Shown here: piece after piece, positions 53,175 through 64,000 of the stretch
How the letters are laid out: each line of letters starts with the position of its first letter
How positions within the stretch are numbered: the first letter of the stretch is position 1
Assembly (NCBI RefSeq): GCF_006345805.1
Contig: NC_043013.1
Span: forward strand, 31,868,001-31,932,000
Direction of reading: 5' to 3'
From: Octopus sinensis
Taxonomy: Eukaryota
DNA: 64,000 nucleotides
Translations under genes and position numbers: made by a program
The notes under the pieces: generated by a model
The model's database searches: none
Told to the model about the DNA's origin: nothing
The model's input: only the letters and a program-made list of their open reading frames with translations

Positions 53175-54581
53175 CGTACATTTATATGTACGCATACGCC
53201 ACCTCAGCCTGACCTTTTACAGATAGCTTCCTCTCAGTCAATTGCTGAGTGAGAATGGCCTTCCTACTCGTTATCTCGTCCCAGTTCTTCCCCATTTGGA
53301 GGTCTACACCGGACCAGACCCCAAGCAATTCAACCGGTCCGTCGGTCCAGTGTCCCATGAGGGAGATGCTGTTGGATGGCATCGGCTTGCTTCTCTAGGT
53401 AGGCAGTAAAGTCCACCCTGCATTCTGACCTACCAGTCGTCCCTAACAGTAAGGTAAAGTGCTTTTGAAAGGCCTAACATCTTTTCGGGCACGAGTAAAT
53501 TCGAACTCTGTTAATCCCTCAAAGACCGAATGGTGGCTTTGTTGCCACCTTCTGCAATTCCTTTGTTTCTCAGGGCACGCTCTGACAACGTAACCTTCTT
53601 GTTTTGCGTTGAAGTGTTGGTTAACGGCCATCCTCGCCGCCAGCACTTTGGATGTCACTTTTAAGTGCATCTTCTAATTTCTTAACTAAGTCTCTTTCTA
53701 TTCTGTTTCGACCTATTGCTTTGATTGCTCTCTATAGAGCAAACTACCATTTGTTATTTACCGTGGGCCCCGTCAACGTCCTCTTAACTAATGTGCTAAT
53801 ACGGTCTCTGTAAGCCAGTCGCACTGGGAACGATGCGTTCAGCTTCCAGTAACCGAGTCACTGCCTAAGATTCTTACCTAAGTCGAGCGTACAAGTCACG
53901 AATTTGTGATCAATGTAGTTGACTATGTGAAACTCTGGACAACCTACACTATCCCTATCCACTGTCCTATATAGTACTCTATCTAAATACGATCTGGACG
54001 ATCCGTTGCGGTTGGACCATGTCCACATTGACACATTTGGATAGTCCAGTGGGTCCCTGTTAGACAGTTTAAAACGACTGAGCAGATCTATGAGGTATTT
54101 ACATTCCCTTCTCCTCCTATCTCTATCCACATAGTCTAGATGCGTGTCCAAAGCAGCCTTCCAACCCCACTCCCAAAAGTAAGGGTCGAGTCGTTCCCAG
54201 GAAAACCTCTTGACATCGAAAGAAATTCGATTTGATTAGGACAGTTCATACGCTGTTATTAGTCAGAAAGCACACCCATAACTGTCATCGACATCGAAGA
54301 CGATCAGCCAGTCCTCCGTTTCTAGGAATACTGCCCTTACTTTCAGGTCTAGACTATTTCGAAAAAGCCCCGCAGTACCACCACCGCTCATTCTTGGCAG
54401 ACACGGGGAAAATAAATATAGAATTACCTGCCGATCATGGGCTGAAGTGTCCGCGGGCTGGAGAGTCTGGTTTCGCTGATGGCCACGATATCAACATTTT
54501 GTGACTTGATGTCGTTTAACAGGTAAACTTGCTTCAAGGCGACCCCAAGCCACGTACATTTATTCTACCTATCTTGAACAT
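53175..54581 (-). pseudogene. Tx1/L1-clade LINE ORF2 remnant: APE endonuclease and linker fused to the post-RT region (RT core deleted)
   Basis: Starts MFKIGRINVRGLGS (ATG 54581). Then VDIVAISETRL, SRSYLDRVL...DHKFV and GYWKLNAS, followed by a jump near 53400 to WTDGPVELLGVW, which matches the 58367-58123 region of the other copy. Confidence 0.85.
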
Positions 54582-54653
54582 GAACCTGATGAAAGTTGTG
54601 TTTCAGACACAAAGTTAAAATAGAAAGTGGGAGAGAGAGAGAAAGAGAGTCTC

Positions 54654-55600
54654 TTACTGTTTCGAAAGTTGGGGACTCTCCTCCTCAGTTTCCGTGAGGA
54701 GATTTTTATATAGTTTTTTAGACGACTGTTTTTGAAATCTACCTACTGCATCGGAGCAAAGAGATTTCATTAACTTATGTGTGTTTTGTGTGGTGTGTAG
54801 TATTTTAATGTGTTGTGGTAGTATTTCATTGTGTTGTGTGGTGTGTAGAATGTTAATGTGGTTGTGTGGTATGTAGTATTCTAATGTGTCGTGGTAGTGT
54901 TGTGCGAGGTTGTTGTTTGTTTTGTAACTGTTTTCAATTATGTCAGTGTGCGACCTGATGTATTGCATCAGGGCGAAATTGTTCGTGTTGATCGCGGTTA
55001 CCATTATTGATGTATGTATGTTCGTAGTGTTGGTGCTGGTGTTGCTATGTGTGTGAATTTTGTTGTCGGGAGTGCTATATCTCGCTGCTTTTTTTATTGT
55101 GTAGTTGTTCTTTTTTCCCCCTTTGCCATACCTCCGTGTCGCCTTCATCAGACGACATGTCGGAGTAATCAGAAAATGAGAGGGGAAGAGTATTGGGATC
55201 GATTTGTGGGTATGTTGATGTTTTTGTTATTGTTAGTGATGTTTGGTGGTTGTTGGGATGTGATGTATGGGCTGTTGCGTATGAGGGGTTAGTGTTTTTT
55301 CTCTTTTCAATCTTTGGTAGTTCTGTAGCTGTTGTTGTTGGTAGTGGTGTTGGTGGTGGTGACAGTGTTGCTTCTGCTCTTGGTTCTGTTGATTGGATAG
55401 GTTGGTTGAGTTTGTTGTTTTGTGGAGCTGTTTCATCAGTTCGTAGAGCTCTTTCATCTGTTGTGCTGATGGTGGTGGGGTAACAGTGCTGGTTTGCGGC
55501 TAATGTTTTCTTTTTGTTGTTGCTGTTTTTGCAGGTACTGTTTTTGTTGTTGTTGTTGCTGCTGCTGCTCCTTTACTTTTGGGCAGTCAATTTTTAGGTG
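54654..55600 (-). other. Low-complexity Thr/Asn/His/Gln-rich ORF fragments directly upstream of the ORF2 start (possible decayed ORF1 region)
   Basis: Strong strand bias and ORFs 54654..55148 and 55233..55457, located 5' of LINE ORF2. I recognise no RRM or CCHC motif. Confidence 0.3.
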
Positions 55601-55739
55601 GTTTTAAAGGATGAATGTTCGAGCGAGAAACTCGCTCACGCGAAAGCAAGTGTTGATAACCAACTTTTGACAAAAATTAAATACTAACACACATATATAA
55701 ACACGAGAAATTGTTTGGACTTACGGCAGAAGAAAAGGA

Positions 55740-56686
<947 letters not shown>

Positions 56687-56687
<1 letters not shown>

Positions 56688-58766
56688 GTATGTTTCTTTA
56701 TTAGCCACACAGGGCTGCACACAGATAGAACAAATTACAAGGTAGAGCTTTTCTTTTGAAGGTATAAAAAAAAAAAAAAAAAAAAAAAAAGGGAAGGGGG
56801 AGGTTCGATCAAAAGGGATCGTAAAAGGAGAGAAAGAGGACAAAAATAAGGGGGGTTAAAAAAAAAAAAAAAAAAAAGGGGGGGGGAGGAAAAAAAAATG
56901 ATCAATAGGGATCGTTATCACAGAAATGTCAATATGAAGTGTAAAGGGGAGGACAGGTGAGGTTTACCCGTGGAAAGAAAAGCCTGCGGAAAAGACCACG
57001 GTAACCTCGGTCAATGAAGTCACATTTTATATTTCTTTTTTTTTTTTTTTTTTTTTTTGCAAATAAGCAACTCTCTGTTTTCGATTTCTGGGTTCATAGG
57101 ACTATGCTCAGGGTGGCTTCGTCATTCATACGTGCCATTCTTGCTACATTCACCCCCATCTTTTTTTAAAACATTCGCTAGACAAAACTTGCCTCTCTAC
57201 TCTCACTTTCCTTTTCAAGTGGTACTTGAAGAAGTTGATGAGAGATTGACCAGAGAGGAAAGTGTTTGTCTCCAATCCTTTCAGACGCGTCCACCAGATA
57301 CATTCTTTCGCCATAGCCACAAGGATGATGAAAATAGCTCTTCCTTCCCGTTTGAAGGAAGGAGGCGTGACAATATTGACGATAGACTCAGCTGATAAAC
57401 CGACTCGTCCCACACGTGACAGCAGTTGTTCGACTATAGCCCACAGGTCGGAAATTGTTGGACACTGCACGAGTGCGTGCAGAACGGTTTCGTCGCTCTG
57501 ACCGCATCTCGGGCAGGTCGGCCCCGTGTTTCTCGAGCCGTGTCTGTAGAGCTTATCCCGAACGGGTAGCGCTTCTCGGTAGCACTGCCAGGCCAGGGAT
57601 CTCTGGAAGTTGTCCATGGGCCCTGGCCCGAAAGTCGTCCCGAACAGGCGGGTCAGGTACTCCCTCGTCGACGTCCAGGTTCGCCCCGAGCTCGTCGTCG
57701 TACCTCCCCTCCACTAAACCCCTATAGAATGCTTTGGTTGTGTTGAAGTCACTTAAGGTCGACCCAGGACGGCAGAGTTGCTTGAGAGCAACGCGACACT
57801 CGCGGTGCCATTCGCCCTTCCTCGGCCTCTTTTTGATCCACGACTGCAGTTCGGTCATGGAGACGAGCTGCGGGAAAGCGTGCCTCACAAACGGCGACCA
57901 CACCTGTTCACCGTCGTCTACATAGAGCCAGAGATGTCGCAGTCTCAGCGCGTGTCTGCGCATCATCAACCACGGCATGCCCAGCCCTCCTTTTAACGGG
58001 TGTTGACAGCAAATGGATCGCCTGACCATCGGGACGCATCCTTTCCACAAGAAGCGAAGAGGATGCGTTGTAGTTGTGGTGATGTAGGGTCGGGACAAGG
58101 TACGACGGTCAGGCGGTAGTAGATGACGGACGCGATGTACGTGTTCGCCACCTCCGCTCGACCTTTTAGGGACAGTTTCCTCTCGGCCCATTGCCGGGCG
58201 AGAGTGACCACCCTACTCGTTATCTCGTTCCAGTTCTTCTCCACTTGGAGGTCCGGACCAAACCAGACCCCGAGCAACTCAACCGGGCCGTCGGTCCAGC
58301 GTCCCACGACGGAGGCGCTGGTGGACGGCATGGGCTTGCTTCTCCAGGTGCCTAGTCGCAAGCCCACTGACTTTTCCCGGTTGATTTCGCGCTCCTGTCA
58401 CCGCTTCGTAGTTTTTCAGTGTCTCGCCGACCACTCGATGTGCTCGTGGCTAGACACTATGACGGTGACGTCGTCCGCGTATGCAGACACTCTCGTCCCG
58501 CATCCCAATTCTCGCGGGATGCCCCTTAGAGTCGCCAGCTTCCGCAGTAGTGGCTCAAGAGTCAATACGTATAGAAGCGCCGAGAGGGGGCATCCCTGAC
58601 GGACCGAACGTGCAATGTCGAAAGGTCTCGATAGATGTCCATTTACGCGAATTACCGAACAGATGCCTCTGTACAAGGCAGCTATCCAGCCGCGGAAGAC
58701 GGGACCGAAACCAGCCGCTCTCAGGACTGCCTCCAAGTATCGATGGTCTACCCTATCAAAGGCTTT

Positions 58767-58768
<2 letters not shown>
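56687..58768 (-). mobile_element. 5'-truncated Tx1/L1-clade LINE (RT, zf-RVT-like C-terminus, 3' UTR) embedded in (GATA)n
   Basis: KAFDRVDHRYL, RSVRQGCPLSALLY, AYADDVTV, KGGLGMP, WQCYREALPVRDKL...CPRCGQSDETVLHALVQCP. AATAAA lies about 15 nt from the 3' end. GATA repeats flank both sides. A few frameshifts. Confidence 0.93.
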
Positions 58769-58812
<44 letters not shown>

Positions 58813-60078
58813 AAGATAGATTGATAGTGAGAGAGAGAGATGCAGGTGACGAATATGCTGAACTCTTCAACGAATTAGACCAAACCCGCTGAAAATTTAA
58901 AGATGTAATGTATTAGCAATAATCGCCGTATGCCGCTTATTCACATCAATCTGACACCACATAAAGAAGGTAGAGCTCTTTTCTACAAAGAAAGGTTAAT
59001 ATAACATGCTAATCCCTAAAATCGCTCACTTCGAATACGTATTATTCTGTCATTCGTTTTCCAATTCACATATGACATTCAATATTTAAATATATGACCT
59101 CGCTTTGATACGCTTGCACAACCAGATTTTGAAAAACGAGAGATAGCTATGCACTGACAGACTGCAGATGTAATTATTCCTAATTATATAGTGAGCAGTG
59201 TTCTAAGCCCGATATAAACGCATTCCTTATTGAACAATTTCTCTGCAACAAGCATGATTCATTGGATAGATCTTTGTACTGAATAAAAAAATGATTGCAT
59301 TAAGCCTAAATTCCATGTAAGCTGACATTCCTTAATACTGTACAAATACACCAGTTACCAGGTGTAGAAAGGAACAAAAAAGTAATTTTTCAAATAAGCA
59401 TTTTTCAGCACAAAATGTGAACGATAAACCACCTCAAAGAATGTAGGATGACATTGTCTAATTTCATGCATCATTCCACATGAATGGTAAAACCTAATTA
59501 TTCTCCAGCAAATCAAAGCTTTCCAAATGAGCCAATATAGAAACCTCGGCGTCCTCACCAAAAAGGTTTAAAGTAAAAGCCAAGCAGAGGTCATAATCTA
59601 AAATGAAAGGAAGATTATAATGGATAATATAAATTAAATGGATCACCGTCGACTTGTACGCGGAGCATTCTGTTGTTTCGGTAAATGAATTTTTGAGTTC
59701 ATAAAATTAACACAGACACATTTCCACTTAAAGAAGAATCATTATAAAAATATTTGTGAAACATGGACTGTTTTTGCGCAGTGTCTTTCAATAAAATTTC
59801 ACTCACATGGTTGGCGTTAACATGAAGTTATCGTAAGTGATACTTCCTCGAGGTATCGCGCTAAAGGAATGAACGTCGGACCTCGTAAATACGATGCAAA
59901 GTTCTTGAATGTTCAGCCGTACAACGTGTGTCAGTTAACGTAATCTAAACTTAATGATACACCTCGTATTGCCCAAGAGATTTAAACTTGAGCAGGTAGA
60001 GGAATAAATGTAAGGACGAGCAAGTTAGGCAAGCTGATATACAAAATATATGAAATAGATTTAATTTTTTTAATGTAC

Positions 60079-60477
60079 ATAGGCGCAGGAGTGGCTGTGT
60101 AGTAAGTAGCTTGCTTACCAGCCACATGGTTCCGGGTTCATTCCTACTGCATGGCACCTTGGGCAAGTGTCTTCTACTATAGCTTCGGGCCGACAAAAGC
60201 CTTGAAATTGAAAGAATACCGTCGTATATATATATATATATTATATATTATATATATATATATATGTACATATGTTACCGCGTGTGTGTCGTTGGCGATT
60301 TTCTTTCCTTCCTTGGACCATTCCTTTTTCTAAGTTTTTGACGAAGAGCTCTGCTCGAAACGTTTAATCCTCCTTTATTTCCTTTCCTGAACGTCCAATA
60401 ACACTATACTTGTTCCTCGCGTTGTTGTGTTTTCTCTTTGTCCATGTTTGGATTAACGTTATATATATATGTGTGTG

Positions 60478-60508
<31 letters not shown>

Positions 60509-60665
60509 CTGGGTCTATCACCCCAACTTTGTTTGACAACCGATGCTGGTGCGTTTACGTCCCCGTAATCTAGCGGTTCAGCAAAAAGAGATCGATAGAA
60601 TAAGTACTAGGCTTACAAAAAATTAGTCCTGGGGTCGATTTGTTCGAGTAAATGCGGTGCTGCAA
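60079..60665 (+). mobile_element. SINE S2 with a family B HHR repeat (60295-60457) nested in its internal microsatellite
   Basis: 5' half at 60079-60230 and 3' half from about 60470 to 60665. The intervening sequence is the reverse complement of family B copies 1 and 2. Confidence 0.8.
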
Positions 60666-60760
60666 TGAATAAAAGAATGTGTTTACATATAAAACCAACC
60701 GACTTACACAGAATAGAAATGATATCAGGAATTAAAGGGGTTGCAGAAGAGTTTTGCGAG

Positions 60761-60851
60761 TCCAACAGCTGTTTCTGAGGGCTTGATTGTCCAAAATAAT
60801 GATTGCAAATTGATTCCATCATCGGATAATACCAGCCTCCGTCTTCAGGGA
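60761..60851 (-). ncRNA. Type I HHR motif with imperfect stem II
   Basis: Minus strand: TCC-CTGAAGA-CGGAGGCT...AGCCCTCA-GAAAC-AGCT-GTT^GGA. Palindromic ACAGCTGT stem III; predicted cut between 60764 and 60763. Confidence 0.65.
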
Positions 60852-61898
60852 AGAATTTTACCCCTGAGGTGTTGACAGAAAAAGAGTTAAGATGGAATGA
60901 TTTTGTGGAGAACTAAACGTAATAGCAGGAGTTGGAAGCTATTTAGATAGAGAGTAGTGGGAGAAGATAATAAATTTCAGGGTTAGAGGTTATTAATGAG
61001 GCTAGATATAGTAGTAGAGGTGGAAGGTGGGAGGAAGAGTGAAGGCTGTTTTGATAGTTTGTGAATAGTAACATATGTTATATAGAGTTAAATGTTGAGA
61101 TAGTTAAAATGGGAATGGCCATTATTTGAGAGAAGTTGACTGGTTCAGTGGCTGAAGGAGATTAGCGAGACATGTAGAGTGGAATGAAGAGTGATGGATG
61201 GGCATACAGTGGGGTGATGAGAATGTGGTCGAAATAGTAGTTGTTAGTGGGACAAAGGAATTGGGTTGGTATTGGAGCGGTGTTATGGTAAGGGCAGGCG
61301 TATGAAACTAAATACAAGGATGTGAATAGGGAGGGGGCAGAGGTAGATTGGTTAGTTTTCAAAGTATGTGGGTATTGTTAAGTACTTTTTGAAAGTGGGT
61401 TGGGTGGGGAGGCTAAGAGGGAAGTCGGATTTAGTAGATTTGAAGAATTTGGAAGAAATTCGAAATGTGTGTGTGAGAAAGAATAAGTGGTCGGTAGTAT
61501 TTTTTAAGTAGTAGGTTGCTAGGCTGACTTAGTCTTAGTTTAAGGTTATTTGGGGTACGGATAGTTATTATGGGATTACATAGCGGAATGCGTGGAAGAT
61601 ACGTAGTACCTATGTTTACAAGAGAGAGAGGAGAGAGAGAGAGAGAGAGAGAGAAAGAGACAAATATAGTATCGGGAAATTACAATATGAATGCACACAA
61701 ACATGCACACACACAGACACATATATAATATAGATCTATCTACTTACCTATTATATATATATATATATATTGAATAGAATTAACGGAAAGAGTACGTTTA
61801 GATACTACACTACGAGGTTTTGTACTCTAATACGATCCTAACGGAATGCACTTTAAATACATACATACATACATACATACATACATACATACATACAT

Positions 61899-61972
<74 letters not shown>

Positions 61973-61976
61973 TATG

Positions 61977-62016
<40 letters not shown>

Positions 62017-62329
62017 ATATATCTATATATATATTATAATAATTTCAACATTTAGGGTAAAATTAATTAATTAATCATTTCAATTTCACCAAGTATTCAG
62101 TATGCAAAGGGACCATTTAAGGCGAATTCAAATTATTACATTATATAAAAGGGCTTAGTAAAATAAATTACTTTGCCGCATACTGAACTCATTAGAAATA
62201 GCAGCTAAAAAAACTTTTTTAAAACTATTTCTAATACTTAAAGAAAACCTCTCTCATATAGTGTTTGCTCAATTCAACTCACGCAAATATGGGGGTAGAG
62301 ACATTAAAAAATCAAGTGCAAAGGTTATT

Positions 62330-62382
62330 TGAGAACGTACGTTTCAAGATTAGTCAAAGTCGACATTTCTATCATCAGCTCA
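62330..62382 (-). ncRNA. Type I HHR motif (family D, inverted copy)
   Basis: TGAG-CTGATGA-TAGAAATGTCGACTTTGACTAATCTT-GAAAC-GTAC-GTT^CTCA. Stem II is weak, with U-U at 10.1/11.1. Confidence 0.7.
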
Positions 62383-62506
62383 GAACTCCCTGGTTTGGAT
62401 TTGAAAACACTGAAAGTGGGAGCATACCCTTTCGGCTTCCTCTCGCTGCTGAAGATCTGCTCGTAACTAACAGTGCCAACAAACTGATGATAGAAATGTC
62501 GACTTT

Positions 62507-62909
62507 AGTCTTTTTTTTTTTACTTGTTTCAGTCATTTGACTGCGGCCATGCTGGAGCACCGCCTTTAGTCGAGCAAATCGATCCCGGGACTTATTCTTT
62601 GTAAGCCCAGTACTTATCCTATCGGTCTCTTTTGCCGAACCGCTAAGTGACGGGGACGTAAACACATCAGCATCGGTTGTCAAGCAATGCTAGGGGGACA
62701 AACACAGACACGCAAACACACACACGCACATATATATACATATATTACGACGGGCTTCTTTCAGTTTCCGTCTACCAAATCACTCACAAGGCATTGGTCG
62801 GCCCGGGGCTATAGCAGAAGACACTGCCCTAGATGCCACGCAGTGGGACTGAACCTGGAACCATGTGGTTGTAGCAAGGTACTTACAACACAGCCACTCC
62901 TGCGCCTAT
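62507..62909 (-). mobile_element. Full-length SINE S2 inserted into stem II of a family D HHR
   Basis: The flanks GACTTT (62501-62506) and GACTAATC (62910) are contiguous in the intact copy (63459-63472). Confidence 0.9.
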
Positions 62910-63437
62910 GACTAATCTTGAAACGTACGTTCTCAAATAACCTTTGCACTTGATTTTTTATGTCTCTACCCCCATATTGCGTGAGTGAATTGAACAAACA
63001 CTATATGAGAGAGAGGTTTTCTTTAAGTATTAGAAATAGTTTTAAAAAAGTTTTTTTAGCTGCTATTTCTAATGAGTTCAGTATGCGGCAAAGTAATTTA
63101 TTTTACTAAGCCCTTTTATATAATGTAATAATTTGAATTCGCCTTAAATGGTCCCTTTGCATACTGAATACTTGGCGAAATTGATTAATTAATTAATTTT
63201 ACCCTCAATTGTTGAAATTATAATTCATCTCTCTATATATAATGCCGCGGATTTTACCGAAAAAAGCATAGTGTTTACTGATTTTACCCACGCTGGTGGA
63301 AAGGAGAGAGCAGAAATTCTTCGCTTGCATTTTTGAGTTTGTTGGCACTGTTAGTACGAGCAGATCTTCAGAAGCGAGAGGAAGCCGAAAGGGTATGCTC
63401 CCACTTTCAGTGTTTTCAAATCCAAACCAGGGAGTTC

Positions 63438-63490
63438 TGAGCTGATGATAGAAATGTCGACTTTGACTAATCTTGAAACGTACGTTCTCA
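63438..63490 (+). ncRNA. Type I HHR motif (family D, intact plus-strand copy)
   Basis: Stem I TGAG(63438-41)/CTCA(63487-90); CTGATGA 63442-48; GAAAC 63475-79; GTAC loop; GUU cut predicted after 63486. Confidence 0.7.
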
Positions 63491-63732
63491 AATAACCTTT
63501 GCACTTGATTTTTTAATGTCTCTACCCCCATATTTGCGTGAGTTGAATTGAGCAAACACTATATGAGAGAGGTTTTCTTTAAGTATTAGAAATAGTTTTA
63601 AAAAAGTTTTTTTAGCTGCTATTTCTAATGAGTTCAGTATGCGGCAAAGTAATTTATTTTACTAAGCCCTTTTATATAATATATATATTATATATATATA
63701 TATATATTATATTATATATATATATATATATA

Positions 63733-63981
63733 GGTTTTTTAGGGAAGACCAGCAGTCGCCCATGTATACCGGCCTCCCCTCTCCAAGCCACCGATGTTAT
63801 CCAAGGGAAAGGCAAGGGTCGATACAGCTTGGCACCAGTGACGTCGTAACTCATTTCTACAGCTGAGTGAAGTGGAGCAACGTGAAAATAAAGTGCCTTG
63901 CAACAGTGATGTTGTGGATTCGAACTCACAACCTTACTGTTGTAAGTTCGACGCTCTAACCACTGAGCCATGCGCCTTCAC
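63733..63981 (-). mobile_element. tRNA-derived SINE family S4
   Basis: Minus strand: GTGAAGGCGCATGGCTCAGTGGTTAGAGCG (A-box) and GAGTTCGAATCC (B-box). Confidence 0.85.
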
Positions 63982-64000
63982 ATATTTATATTTATATGTA

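Larger units (their letters stand above)
62035..63678. repeat. Family D array: inverted copy (62035-62485, minus), then tandem plus-strand copies with a 555-bp period, flanked by (TA)n
   Basis: 62048-62485 is the reverse complement of blocks in 62910-63220 and 63335-63675. GACTAATCTTGAAACG occurs at 62910 and 63465. Confidence 0.92.

Noticed and set aside
55120-55150. CTGATGAAGGC on the minus strand (also CTGATGAAA at 3540 and 54586, CTGACGA at 43031, CTGAAGA at 90, 11024 and 50681)
   Set aside because: No matching stem II/GAAA/NUH/stem I arrangement could be built by eye.
63226-63245. Helitron-like 5' end (ATCTCTCTATATATAA) inside the family D array
   Set aside because: No Helitron 3' end follows. 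It is better explained as a short TA remnant at the junction between tandem copies.

Overview
AT-rich, microsatellite-dense eukaryotic non-coding DNA. The SINE/LINE repertoire resembles what I recall from octopus genomes (inference, not verified). I can support no intact host protein-coding gene: nearly all ORFs in the track are translations of (TA)n/(CA)n/(GATA)n tracts or fragments of decayed transposons. Recognisable elements are three mariner remnants, a pogo/Tigger remnant, a Helitron-like non-autonomous element, piggyBac-like and mariner-like MITEs, two Tx1/L1-clade LINE pieces, RTE and CR1-type LINE pieces, two Penelope-like (PLE) remnants and four tRNA-derived SINE families. The main unexpected signal is a dense set of Type I hammerhead ribozyme (HHR) motifs from about eight different repeat families, mostly in non-coding units embedded in (TA)n tracts. 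They include two complete canonical HHRs 598 nt apart in a tandem array (39045-39149, 39643-39749), a complete one at 779-851, and an inverted-plus-tandem 555-bp array at 62035-63678. This architecture fits PLE pseudo-LTRs or retrozyme-like self-cleaving RNA units. All folds were done by eye and none is experimentally tested.
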